In this document: piece after piece, positions 25,991 to 37,500 of the stretch
Position numbering within the stretch: the stretch's first letter is position 1
Layout: each line of letters begins with the position of its first letter
Source of the DNA: Raillietiella orientalis
Lineage: Eukaryota
Length of the DNA stretch: 64,000 nt
Assembly: GCA_036172245.1 (NCBI GenBank)
Contig: JAYWIR010000027.1
Location: 2,542,001-2,606,000, forward strand
Reading direction: 5' to 3'
Translations under genes and position numbers: made by a program
Notes under the pieces: model-generated
Told to the model about the DNA's origin: nothing
Databases searched by the model: none
What the model saw: the letters and a program-made list of their open reading frames with translations, nothing else

Positions 25991-26137
25991 AGAATGCTGC
26001 TGCATGGGACTGCAGTTTCGGCAGGAGCACTCTTCCCACACAGGGAGGAGGGTCCTCGCTCCCTGTGTGGGAAGAGTGCTCCTGCCGAAACTGCAGTCCC
26101 ATGCAGCAGCATTCTGGAGGAGGGTCCTCGCTCCCTG
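25991..26137. repeat. Perfect 57-bp inverted repeat (25991-26047 / 26059-26115, 11-nt spacer) with the spacer region directly repeated at 26116-26137
   Basis: The two arms are exact reverse complements; GGAGGAGGGTCCTCGCTCCCTG occurs at 26044-26065 and 26116-26137. Confidence 0.95.
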
Positions 26138-29100
26138 GATTTTGAAAGTTGGTTCGCTCCGGCTCGTACATTTGGGAGAGCTGGAGAGAGCTTTGCGTGA
26201 AACGCTCCTGGTCCATTTCCTGGATACTTTCGCGTCATCCGGAAGAGGAATCCATTCCAGCGGAACGAGCCAGCGGTTTTGGATTCGGAAATTAATCTTT
26301 GCACCTGCAAATTATGGGAGGAGAAGTGGTTCGGGTTGCGATGCTCGTGCTCAAAATCCATTCCGATATCTAGATCAAGGCTGACACTTACGAAGAAAAT
26401 GAAATGGCAACCAAGCGCACCCAAGAAATCGACTCCTGATGGGTCCTTGCCGATTGTGCACTTGACATTTTTTTTTTTTTTTTTTCCCTTCCTCGGTGAA
26501 CACGATGAATTTCCGTCTATACGAGTGTTTGGGAACGTCGATAAGCATCCAGGAAAAAGAGCAAAACGAATTCATGCACGATGCACATTTGTGCACATTT
26601 CCAGAGTTTTTAGGGAGGAAACGTTTACATTAAGTCCGCCAGTAAGGAAAGTCGCGTCATGAACACACGTCAAAATATGACGGCAGGAACGGACTTCCGT
26701 GTTTCGGAACCCAGCGCTCCTTACGTTTTGTTAATCACAAAAACCCGCTTTCGAAGTGAATCCCGCTGGGGCATTGGTAACGATAATTACCGATAATTAG
26801 CTCGTTCGTCAATGCTGACAACCGAGCAAAAACGAGATTGCTTACAAGTCGAGAACAACAAAACAAAACAAGGCTGCCTGATTTCAGGATGGTAAGCTCA
26901 ACACTTACTGCAGAAATGCCAACAATCTCGTGGTTTATTTTTTTAGTTTGTTTTCTGGAAAAATCTTGAAGTATTTTAAAGCCATCAGAGAAGGAAAGAT
27001 TGTTCTCGATTAGTTTAGAGACGCATACCGAGGCGCGAATAATATCCAGCATCAGCTTCATGCACTTTGAAATAAAAATAATGGCCTGCAGCAATAATCA
27101 TACTTTTAAAATGTGGTTCTGTTAACGTGAACAAAATATACCATTGCCCATAATACAGCAATAAAGGACTCATTGAAAAAGAGCAGTAACAGTTTTTGAG
27201 AGGCTGATGTCATATTCCCTGTAATAGTGTTAAGTATTTATGACTTGAGACTTTTGCCTTCTCCAACTGCAGTTGGAATGAGTTCAAGCATGAAGACTGA
27301 ACTCTGCGTCAGGAACGAATCACTGCACAAACTGGATTGATTTCTAGAAGAATAAACACAATTGCCTTCTTTTTTCTTTTTTTTTCCAGTGTCCATCAAA
27401 GCGTGCACTGAAACATGCTCAACTAAAAACAAGTCGCAGCAAATATCCGAATCACAGCAGCATCTTTATAAACACCTTCAAGAGAACCTTTAAACCAGTG
27501 TGAAAAAATAACACTGGACTCGATTCACTGACGGGAGCTCAACGTTTTTGGAGGCAGGAAAACAACCGGCGCTGTGATTTTACTTTATTTTTTTTTCATT
27601 TTTCCACGAAGATCATTCGCAGTAATGAAGAATTAAACAGAACCTCGGAGCAATAATCATCGACTATATGTTGTCGGATTAGTTCACCAAAGAAAGGGTA
27701 GATGATTTCATTGATAATCTGTATTCAGCCATGAATTTCATCATCAACCTGCAAACAGTGCAGTAGTCAAGGAAAAGCTAGCAGAGCGGAAGGGATGGAT
27801 AATGTCTTGGATAACGTTTGTTTTTCTTTTTTCTGGTTTTGACAAACTAATAATGCACAGCACTAGGTAAATGCCAAGGATTAAAATACGTATGCTCAAA
27901 AATTCAGTGACCTCACCCTGAAACATATCCAACTCAAACATGAGTTTGCTATCTCTGGAAGAAACACAATGATGCTCAAAATATAACAGTCTCATTCTCC
28001 ATTTCCTATTAGTGTTTATTTCTCTCAATGCTCTTATTACTTTTCTTTTTTCGTTTTTGAGTGCTTTTATGAGATTCAATGTATTATTTTTGTAGTTTGT
28101 TTTCTTCTTCTATAACACTTTAAAAATGGTTAGTTTACGCACTTGTTGTAGATTTTGTTCGCTTCTATATATGGACTTTCTGATTCCACATTAATTCAGG
28201 ATTCATTTCTGAGATAACTACGAATGATAAAAATGAAAATATTTAAAAAAAAAAAAAAACTGGAAAATCCGAGGGTGCCGCTAATTGTGAGAGCAGCTTT
28301 ACAGCTTGCTGCTCGTGCTTGTTCCCTTTTTAGTGTCACTGGGATCCATCGTTGTAGAATGCAATCCCGTGGGAAGCAATGCTGGAATCCCCTACCTGTA
28401 CTCTGGGTCTGCTGAAAGTTGTTGGACGAGACTCCACCGAATAGATGCCATCATACAGCAACAGAATTCCTCCATGTCTTTAATGATCCATACACGTACA
28501 TGCATGCAGTAAAAGTAAAATATGTGCAAATAGGACTTGAGTAGCCGTGGCGTGTTTTTTTTTTTTTTTTTGTAAACACATGCAGATGGACATTTCGATG
28601 TTCGCTCCGTGAACTGTTAAACCCGCTAACGAATGACCTCGTGTGCCAAATGATATTCCGCATGAAATCGGTTCCTAAAATGCAAAAGGCGTTTTTTTCG
28701 GGCAAAAGTAAAGTGCAGCTTCCCATATGGCTTTGAAGAAGTTGATGGTATTCACAGAATTCTGTGCAGGGAATCGGCAGTTGCATGAACTCCAAATCCC
28801 CAAAATTAATTGAATTTGCTTTCGAGGGCAACGCCAGTGGCTTCGTATTCCCACTAAGAAACAATGTAATGGGAATGAACCTGAATGTAGAATAAATCCA
28901 TCCCGTCAAAGCGTTGCTTAAATAGTAGCCAACACCTAAAAGTTGTGCTAAACCTTAATGACCTCAACATTACTCATCCGGGAAACAGTGACCTTGGGAG
29001 CTTCAGACAAGATTCTGTTTACTTGTTTTCTACAGCAAACCATTGTGCAGCTTCCAGACGGGAAAATGAAATTCACGAAACACATAAAATAGTATACAGT

Positions 29101-29203
29101 GTGTGACAAGGGATACCGAATAGAATGTGTTCTGGAGATTAAGCTGATGGTTGCACGCAGGAATACTTCCTGCGTGAACGCAGTTAGGGATGGAATTTGT
29201 TAG

Positions 29204-30909
29204 TTGCCACCCGGTCACGCCGGGGCGTTTATTACAAATTCTCTATGATTCGTGGTACGAGGCCCCACTACGGCCAACTCAGCTGGACCTGCCGGGTCGC
29301 CGGTACGCAGACCGGCGCGACTCTCCTCGGCAGCGGAAGGGGGTGGGGGAAAAAACAAAAAGAAAAATAAAACATAAAAACAAAAAGATTTGGGAGGGTT
29401 GGGGAGGGATCACTGACCACTGGGAGGAGGGTCCATCCTTCGCAGGATGCCCTCGAGGTCCGTCCGTATAATTCCCAGTTGGGGCCATCTGGTCACAATC
29501 CGCAGGTAGCGGACTGCAAGTACGACGGCATCCCTGTCGTGGCTCGGTCTTCTGACGTTGCTCCAGCACGTCACAATCCCGCGTACGCAGCAAAGTGCAG
29601 CCAGGGCAGCGGCTGGACGCAGGGCATCCTGCACGAACAGAAGCCGAAAAACGTCTCCGGGCTGGCTGCCCTCCTGGATCCGTAGGGAGGCACGAAGACG
29701 TTCCCACAGGGGTCGGAGGGCAGCACAATCAACAAGGAGGTGGGGGAGGGTTTCCCGTTCCCCACACCTGATGCAGGTAGGATCTACTTGACCCCTGGTC
29801 CAGTAGTGGCGGCGTGCGTTGCAGGGTAGACCCCAATGCAACAACAGAAGCGCTGACTCCTGCCACTTCAGGGGGAGGATCCTAGAACCAATTAATACCG
29901 AAGGCCACTTCAGATCATCCGGCTGGACGCCGAGTAGCTCGCCCCATCTCTGAAGTCCTCTCGGCTGGACACTAGGGGTAGTGGCGTTTGCCAGTTCCCC
30001 CGTGAACCAGCCGCTTATCAAGTTCTCCTTGCCTGCGATGCGGCAGGAGACTTGCTACCTAGGCTTGCAGCTGCTGGAGAGCGCCCTCCTCAGAAAGAGC
30101 ATCGCCGTAGCTAGGGGGGTTGTCTCTGCCCACGTGCTTCTCGCGGGACACTGGAGTATCTTCCGCAGAGTGCAACGGGAATAGGCGCCGTGTCGCAGGC
30201 AGTTCCACATCTCTCCGTTGTTCTGGTTTATCTTCGCCCACGTGCCAGCTGTCTCCTCCAGCCATGCGGAGGAGTTGGCGGGGCTGCATACCATCCAGCC
30301 GTTTTCCTTAGCCAGAGTTGCCATGCGTCCCAGGAGAAGTCCGCATCTCTTGATCTTCCTGCCACGGCACAGAAGATAAGACGCGAGACCCTCCGTCCCG
30401 GATACACGGCTGGCAAGGATTCGGGCCGGAACGCACCAAGGGGTGCTCCATAACTTCGCTGCGATGGCGAGGGTTCGCCACCGCAGCTGAATCTCTACTC
30501 GCTCCATCGTCAAGAGGCCGAGACCGCCATCCCGACGTGGAGCACACATGTCCTTCAACGGGACTCGGGGCCTCCCTCTTCCCTAAAGGGCAATTCTCAG
30601 GAGGTCCTTCGTCCGTTTCTTCAACTCTCTGGGGACGGGGCAAACAAAAAGCAGGGGGCGGAGGATAGGAGCCGCGAACGCGTTCCACACTGCGGCCCGT
30701 TCCGGAAGGAGAAACTTGTCTTCCAGGAACGGGCCGATCGCCGTTTCCACTTTTTGGAGGCAGCCGGACCACGCTTCCGCAGTGGAGTAGTCCCCCAACG
30801 GCACACCAAGGTACTTCAAGCACCTCGCCGTGGGGATCCCCAAGCGGACCCAGTCCCGCTGCCCAGCCTACGCCGCACCGACTGGAACCACCGTCGACTT
30901 AGCCCTGTT
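29204..30909 (-). mobile_element. Copy C: 5'-truncated L1/Tx1-clade non-LTR retrotransposon (end of RT, thumb, CCHC zinc finger) with target-site duplication
   Basis: INRAKS, CLKYLGVPLG, PRRDGGLGL and CIRCGERETLPHLLVDC motifs; two in-frame TAG stops and a frameshift; flanked by GATGGAATTTGTTAG at 29189-29203 and 30910-30924 (the first 3 nt may be 5' microhomology). Confidence 0.93.
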
Positions 30910-31166
30910 GATGGAATTTGTTAGCAAAACTCGGTAGAACCCGAATCGACGAAAACGCTCCTGGCTATTGCGAATACTTGTATTAATTTTAACGTGCAAA
31001 CTTCGATCTATTCGTATTACTTACAAAACCATAATGAAACTAATGGGTTGATAAAACATTTTTTATTATATTAAAAAAACAATTTGGGAAAATTGGAATG
31101 TATCACAACGATACATTTGTAGTTTGAACTGATACATGCAATGCAGATCATTCTAAAAATTTCAAT

Positions 31167-34100
31167 TTAAATCCTTACATATTTATAAAGATAGTATCTT
31201 GCTAATTGATAAGAACCGGCAGTCTGGTATATTAGGGAGATGCTATAAGCAATTTCTTTTGTCAAATCAAACATTTCGGGGCCTTCTTCTGGATCAGTGA
31301 AAGGGGGATATGTGAGAGCTTTTTTGTAGTAAAACAGTGCCAAGTGCAGCATGTCTGGAAAAACAATGAATGCCACTAAATTAGTAATGAAACCTTACTA
31401 ATTTGATGCATAGCTCTGCCAAGATTGAAGTAGGTTTCTTGGCATTCACCTCTCAATTTCAGATAGTGTTGGAAAAAAGACATGGCCTGAAGCAGAAAAT
31501 GAATACAGCACACCTTATTTGCTCACCTGACTGCAAAAGCTGTTTCGTGAATCCACAAATTTTTGGGATAAAATATGGATCAGTACGATGCCAACCATCA
31601 AACTTAGGAAAGCATCCGATGAATTCTGCTTGTAGGCAGCAATGTAATCAGCCAAGGCATACTTGTAGGAACCATTGACAAGGCAAGAGTTTGCATTCAA
31701 GATAGCCAGGCCTAAATTATTTAAGTTGCCTCTTTGCATTCTTAACAAGAAACGCTGATACTTAGAATCTTCAGTAAATGAAATGATCTGATTTAGAAGA
31801 TTAAGAACTTGGCCAACAGGATGCTTGGCTACATGGTGCCTCAACAAATGAAAGGCACTGGAAAAGTCCTTATTGTACATAGCACTAACAACAGCCATAA
31901 TTTCCAATCTCTACAAAACCGGATTTGGCATACAAAACAATCAAACTAGCAACTTACACTTGATACACCACCTTTACGAGCCTCTTTAAAAAAAAACTTG
32001 GATCCTAATGCAGAGAAACAAGCTCTCTGTAATTCAGGGAAACGTTGCTGCTCCATTAATATCTGACACAAAAGCAAATGTAGCTCCCAGTCTTCTTCCA
32101 AAGAAACATTTGCTACAAATTCATGTTCATTGGCATCAACAGAACTACTTTCAAAATCATTCTCATAGGAACGCCTATTCAGATGGAGGACCTCTTTAAA
32201 CAAATGTCAGCAGCAGCAATCAACAAAAACTTGCTTTCTATGTCAGTGTAGTTGTGAATACGTAAGCAATGCCGGCTGAGGATAAGCTGAGCAGTTTGGA
32301 TGAAATCCTCTATGTGTCCTTCAACCCAAAGCAGACGGCAACGATGGTGCAGCACAGCCATATCCAATGGTTGTTCTGAATCTTCTACAACAAAGTTGCT
32401 GGAATGCAGTTTCTTGCTGACCTACTGCCAAGATTTGCAGAGCTTCATCCATTCTTCCCAACTCTTGAAGTAAAGCACAAAGGGACAAACGGGCACTTGA
32501 ATGATGAGGGGCCATTTGTACCACCATGTGATATGCCCTAGCTGCTTGCTCTTTGTCTCCTGTTGCTTGTAAACATTCAGCCAGTCTCAACCAAACAGCT
32601 GGCTGGATTCACTTAATGTGATGTATAAGATGACCATACCCACCAGATTGTAGCTACGTGAGTTCACCAGCTCTTGCAGCCAGGGAATGGCTTGAAGGTG
32701 AAGTTCTTTCGCCATCAGAGTTTCTGCCAGATCTAGGTATAGATCCCCAGCTTCATCTGGTTTGGAAAGTCGCAATGCTTCCAACACAGGCTACAGGAAC
32801 CCACAGAACAGCAAATAACATAACAAGCAGGGTTTATTCACCTCTATCAGAGCAACCCCACCCAAGTAAATCAGGCAAATACCCAATTTCACTTTGAGAT
32901 CAATAGGTAATCTGTCTGGAACTTGACAAGATGTAGCTTCATGAAAACTCTCGATCTTATGATCAGGAGACAATGTGAATGTATCAGGCCAAGTAAACTG
33001 AACTTTGCAATAGTCTCGTAAAAGCTCTATGCTTTTTATATATGAACGATTAGCAATCATCAGTTCTAAAGTTAAATTGATTTCTAAAAAAAAAACAAAA
33101 ACAAATGAATTCTCAGAAAAGGACAAAAATGTCGCAAATTCACCTTCAAATGACAGATGGTCTGGGTGGTCATCTATGACCTGATACATAGCTTCCACTG
33201 CTTTATCCAGATTTCCCATTTCATGATGCAGTTTTGCAAGAGTCTTGGCAATTGTGAAAGCCAATTGGACATTGTCTTTGGCCAAGTCTAGGATCACATG
33301 TAATAAATGCAAGGAATTGCTTTTTGCCTACATTTATAAGCACGAGTGTAGGTAAGAATGCAACGCCTCTTATAGCCCATCTGCTCTAACATTTCACAAA
33401 GCTCAAAATACAAGGGAGCATTGTGGGGATCAGCAGCTACAGCTACAACAACCCATGCAGCTGACTGAAACATTAGCTACAATACCTCGACTGTAACACA
33501 AGAGTCCATGTCTCTTGTCTCCTTTTTGCATAAGAAGTTTGCCTAACCGAATCCATTCTTTTGAATCAGTATGGCCAAGATGAGCAGCAATCAGCTGAAA
33601 TTGAAATCCTTTTTCAGTTTGTCCTAATTCCTCATAAATCATGGCCAGAGTATGGTAAGGTTCAGCAGCAAATGGCACTGAACAAATCCATAATATTCCC
33701 AATACAAAAACAGTTTTCTGATTACCTTCTTTGATAATCTCTTTGCACATTTCCAATGCACTGTCTGCATCACCACGAGCAAATGTCAAATTAGCCTCTC
33801 CCATGAGACCCTGATGAAAAATGCACATTCACACATGTACATGATCATGTAGCATTCACTTACCATCAAAGCAGGTGGCAACTTAGTACGAGAACGCTTA
33901 CTGGATGTTGAAGGTTTCTCTACTTTATTTGTCACCTGACTGGGAGAGACACAATCATCATCTACAAAACAGTGTCAGTCTTGTTTGCACCCTCCCCAGT
34001 TTTATTATTGTTAATTGAGAAAATGGTATAACTTGTTTTATCCGAATCCTGGAACAGGTCTACTAATCCCACGAACTCTGCATCTTCTTCTGTGAAATCA

Positions 34101-34522
34101 ATTATGGCAGCAAATTCAGAAAAGTTTAGATCACCTAAAAAAAATCACTGAAAGATGTGAAAAAAAGGGATCATGAACAGCTGCTCACCATTGATGTACT
34201 TTATTGTAAGATCTCGGACTTCTTGTTCTCCAAGATCTCCAACAAGCATTTCCACATTTCCACTATCAATAACATGAATGATCTCTTCATTTGTTGCAAC
34301 CCCCTAAAAGGAATTCCAATAGCACGTGATTTTGATAATGCACAGTACAAATTAATACAAAAAAGTTTCTTTTCATGGAAGCAAACTTTGTCATCAATCA
34401 CTAATGTGAACGTGCACCCAGAAGGGCATGGCCACAACGTTAAACCTACACAGAAGCATGCCTCGAACAATCATTATAAGTTCCATTACCTCCAGAAGGA
34501 CTTCATTTTCTGATGTATCCAT
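31167..34522 (-). CDS. GTF3C3: General transcription factor IIIC subunit 3 (TFIIIC102/Tfc4, TPR protein); multi-exon, start codon tentative
   Basis: GLMGEANLTFARGD..MCKEIIKE, EPYHTLAMIYEELG, LIAAHL, LPIDLKVKLGICLI, DLYLDLAETLM, GSYKYALADY, QETYFNLGRAMHQ, DLTKEIAYSISLIYQTAGSYQLARYYLYKYVRI*; separated by short GT-AG introns. Confidence 0.92.
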
Positions 34523-37500
34523 ATGTCGGACCTAAGTAGTTTTCACACAGTTTTTATGACTCCATATTTGCATTTACAAGAGAGTAGGCTCCTGGAAAAC
34601 AATGGTGCATGCACGGTGCAAAACATTTTTTGGTTTCAAAACAAATGCATTTACACGCTTAACGCTGCACTGCTGCTTTGAATTTCTTGACCAGTTTCTA
34701 CACGGATATTTCAACATACTTGAAGCATATTCCTGCTGTAAAATCCCTATTATTATATCGAGCATGTCGTACATGAAGAGAAAAACTTCTGTTAACTTCG
34801 ATCTTAGGAGATCTTTAACGCGTGGAGTTGTCGTCCCAAGAGCAGCTCGTATTTCTTGAGGTTGTCCTTGCGAGGCACCAGAAATTTCATTTACAAATAA
34901 ATTTTCCAGGCTCCCTAAAACCAGGTATCAAGCTGTTAAATGAAAAAAAAAAAAATCAAGAATGATAAAGTAAAAAGTGCATTCATTAGCTTGTCGTTCT
35001 TTTTGCATAATTGCAAGGACGATTCTTTAGGCTCTCCTCGCATTCCCGATTTTCGTGTTCTTATCCCACAGAATAACAGCAAACATAGGTGGGACAGGGA
35101 TACTATGAACTTGTCCTCCAAGAAGCTAAACAAGAGCAGTCTTCAACATACAGCTACATTTGCTCAGAGTTACTGTGTTCTCTAAAGAAAACAGCATCCC
35201 TGTAGCATCTTATCCTCTGGAGATCACGAATGAAATCCCAATGCCGAGTCGGATCCTAAAACACGCTACACGTGGTTGAAAAATTCACAGACTCGCATAT
35301 TCCATTTAAATAACTGCAATTTTTCTGGCATTCTATTTCATTTTATTTTTTTGATTCGTACATCTGCAACTGCAGGGGGAGCAGCTTCACGATTTGCTCC
35401 GTAGATGAACGTCTAGGAGCTCACAGTCGAAACTGCACCTCATATTCAGTGGTCTTCTTTAGTTTCAGTTTCGATAAATCATCAAAAGCCGAAGCTTCTT
35501 TTCTAATTCCAGCGGGCTCCGTTAAGTTAACCCCTCTAAGCTTTGGTGATGGCACACTGCGCTGATTTAGAATCCCATGCTCGAAAGCTAGGTATTCTAG
35601 AAGGAAGCTCTTTGAAATTTTCAGAAAGAATGAGAAACAACCGGACTCAGTAGTAAGTTATTTTGAATGCTAAAGGTTAATAATAATTAACAGCCATTTT
35701 CACTTTAATCATTTAAGGTGAACAAGAAGCAAGTCCAGCTAACCGATGGATAAAGGAAGTCGTTTAGAAAGTTTCGAGACAACAAGGAACAAAACCTCAC
35801 AAACTAATCCAGCAATACATTACAATTGTGTTATTGGAGTCCACCATCTTCATGGAACAAGACTTTGTATCAAAACTTGTGATTTCGTGCTTCATGCAAG
35901 AAGTTAGATGCCCTGATTTGTCCGCTTGTGGGACGTATCCATGCAAGATCTCTTTCATAAATAAGCAACGTAAAATGCAATTCTTGATCCCATTGAATTA
36001 TTTTTCAATAAGCAGTGAATTTGTGTATCTTAATTCTGAACTTCCTAGGTTTAGGTTTGTTTGGGGATCAGAAAATTACACTACATTTTGCTCAGCGATC
36101 TCCAATCTTAAGAAGCTAGATAGTAATCTCGTCTATCACAGCCCTTCTTCTCTAATCAGTTGACCAGTCCAAATTCAGTGGCGGTTACAAATTCCAACTG
36201 CATCAACCCATATGAATCTGAGGAGGAGATAGCTTACCTAAAGCCATTTTAGAATTTTAGAAGTTATATGAAAGCAGACTGAGGCGTTCACACGATACCG
36301 TTCTGAACACTAGGATCCTTTCTCTATCAACCCCATTTGATGTTTTCGCGGTCGACTGTTGTCTGGAAAATTTTCTTGGAAGTGTCTGCCGACATTTCCA
36401 AAAAAAACACCAACTAAAAGAAAATCGTGTTTTCCAAACACGATGTGTATCTAAACGATCAGTTTGCTCCGAATCAATCGTATTTTCTTTATGTTAATTT
36501 TTGGAGTCAGTCGTATTTACAGCAGTATCAATGCTATGCAAATTATGCAATGATAACGCCTGACATGATACTGAGGAGCTTTCTCTGCAGTATTCTGGAA
36601 AAACCAAGGGGTTCCGTGGGATAACATCCGATTTTCATGTTGAAGATGGAGATAAGTTCTGTGCTCATGATTCTCACGAACCAACAGTGCCACAGGACGT
36701 GAAGAAAAAACACAATTTGAAGTTAGGAAAGGGTCAGAAGATGGTGATTCGAATAGGATCACCGTCCTCTGACTGACTGCCATGAAGAACACAAAAAGGG
36801 ACCTAGAATTGGCTAAAAATCGGCGAGCTGCTGCTGTTTTGCAGATCCGATGGAGAGAAATGAATACATCAAAGAGAACTGCCAATTGCTGAACCTCATC
36901 TCTGAAGACTTGCATCGTAAGAGCGGAGAGTCTCAGCCAGGGATGGCTGCATTGGAGACACATTCGAAAAGAAAAATGCAATTCAGGCGAGGTGGTGACA
37001 GACAGCGATAAGGGAGATTTTTGCCGTTCGCGTTTTTATAACGTCATTTAAATTCCATTTCAAGGTTATTATGGAAGCTGCCGTTTTTGCCGAACTCATT
37101 GTTTGCTTTGATTTCTTCTTGGAAATGAAGTCGCGAAAAATGGTTAGAACACTTTTTTGTAGAGATCCTGAAGCACGCTCGAGGTATTCATTACAGGCAG
37201 ATTTCATGGAATCCTTGTTACTCGAGGATTACCTACATTCAGCCGAATGATGTACTTCTTACAAAGTAATAATTCTAGGATCATATAACCTGTTGGAACA
37301 CCATGATTATGTATACTACTATTTTACACATACAAACCTTTTCTGAACAAAAGAGCTAAGCTCTCTTGTGCAGCTTCAGGTCACGATTATTCTCATTCCA
37401 CTGTATCATGTCATTCTGTTGTGATAGTGAAGTGCTGTGTTGGTACCATCTTCATCGAAAAGAGTAGCATTTCAACAGCGTTTCGTTCGAAACGCACAAA

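Noticed and set aside
29154..29176. 10-bp hairpin CACGCAGGAA/TTCCTGCGTG next to the copy C target site
   Set aside because: No equivalent seen at the other insertion sites; may be chance.
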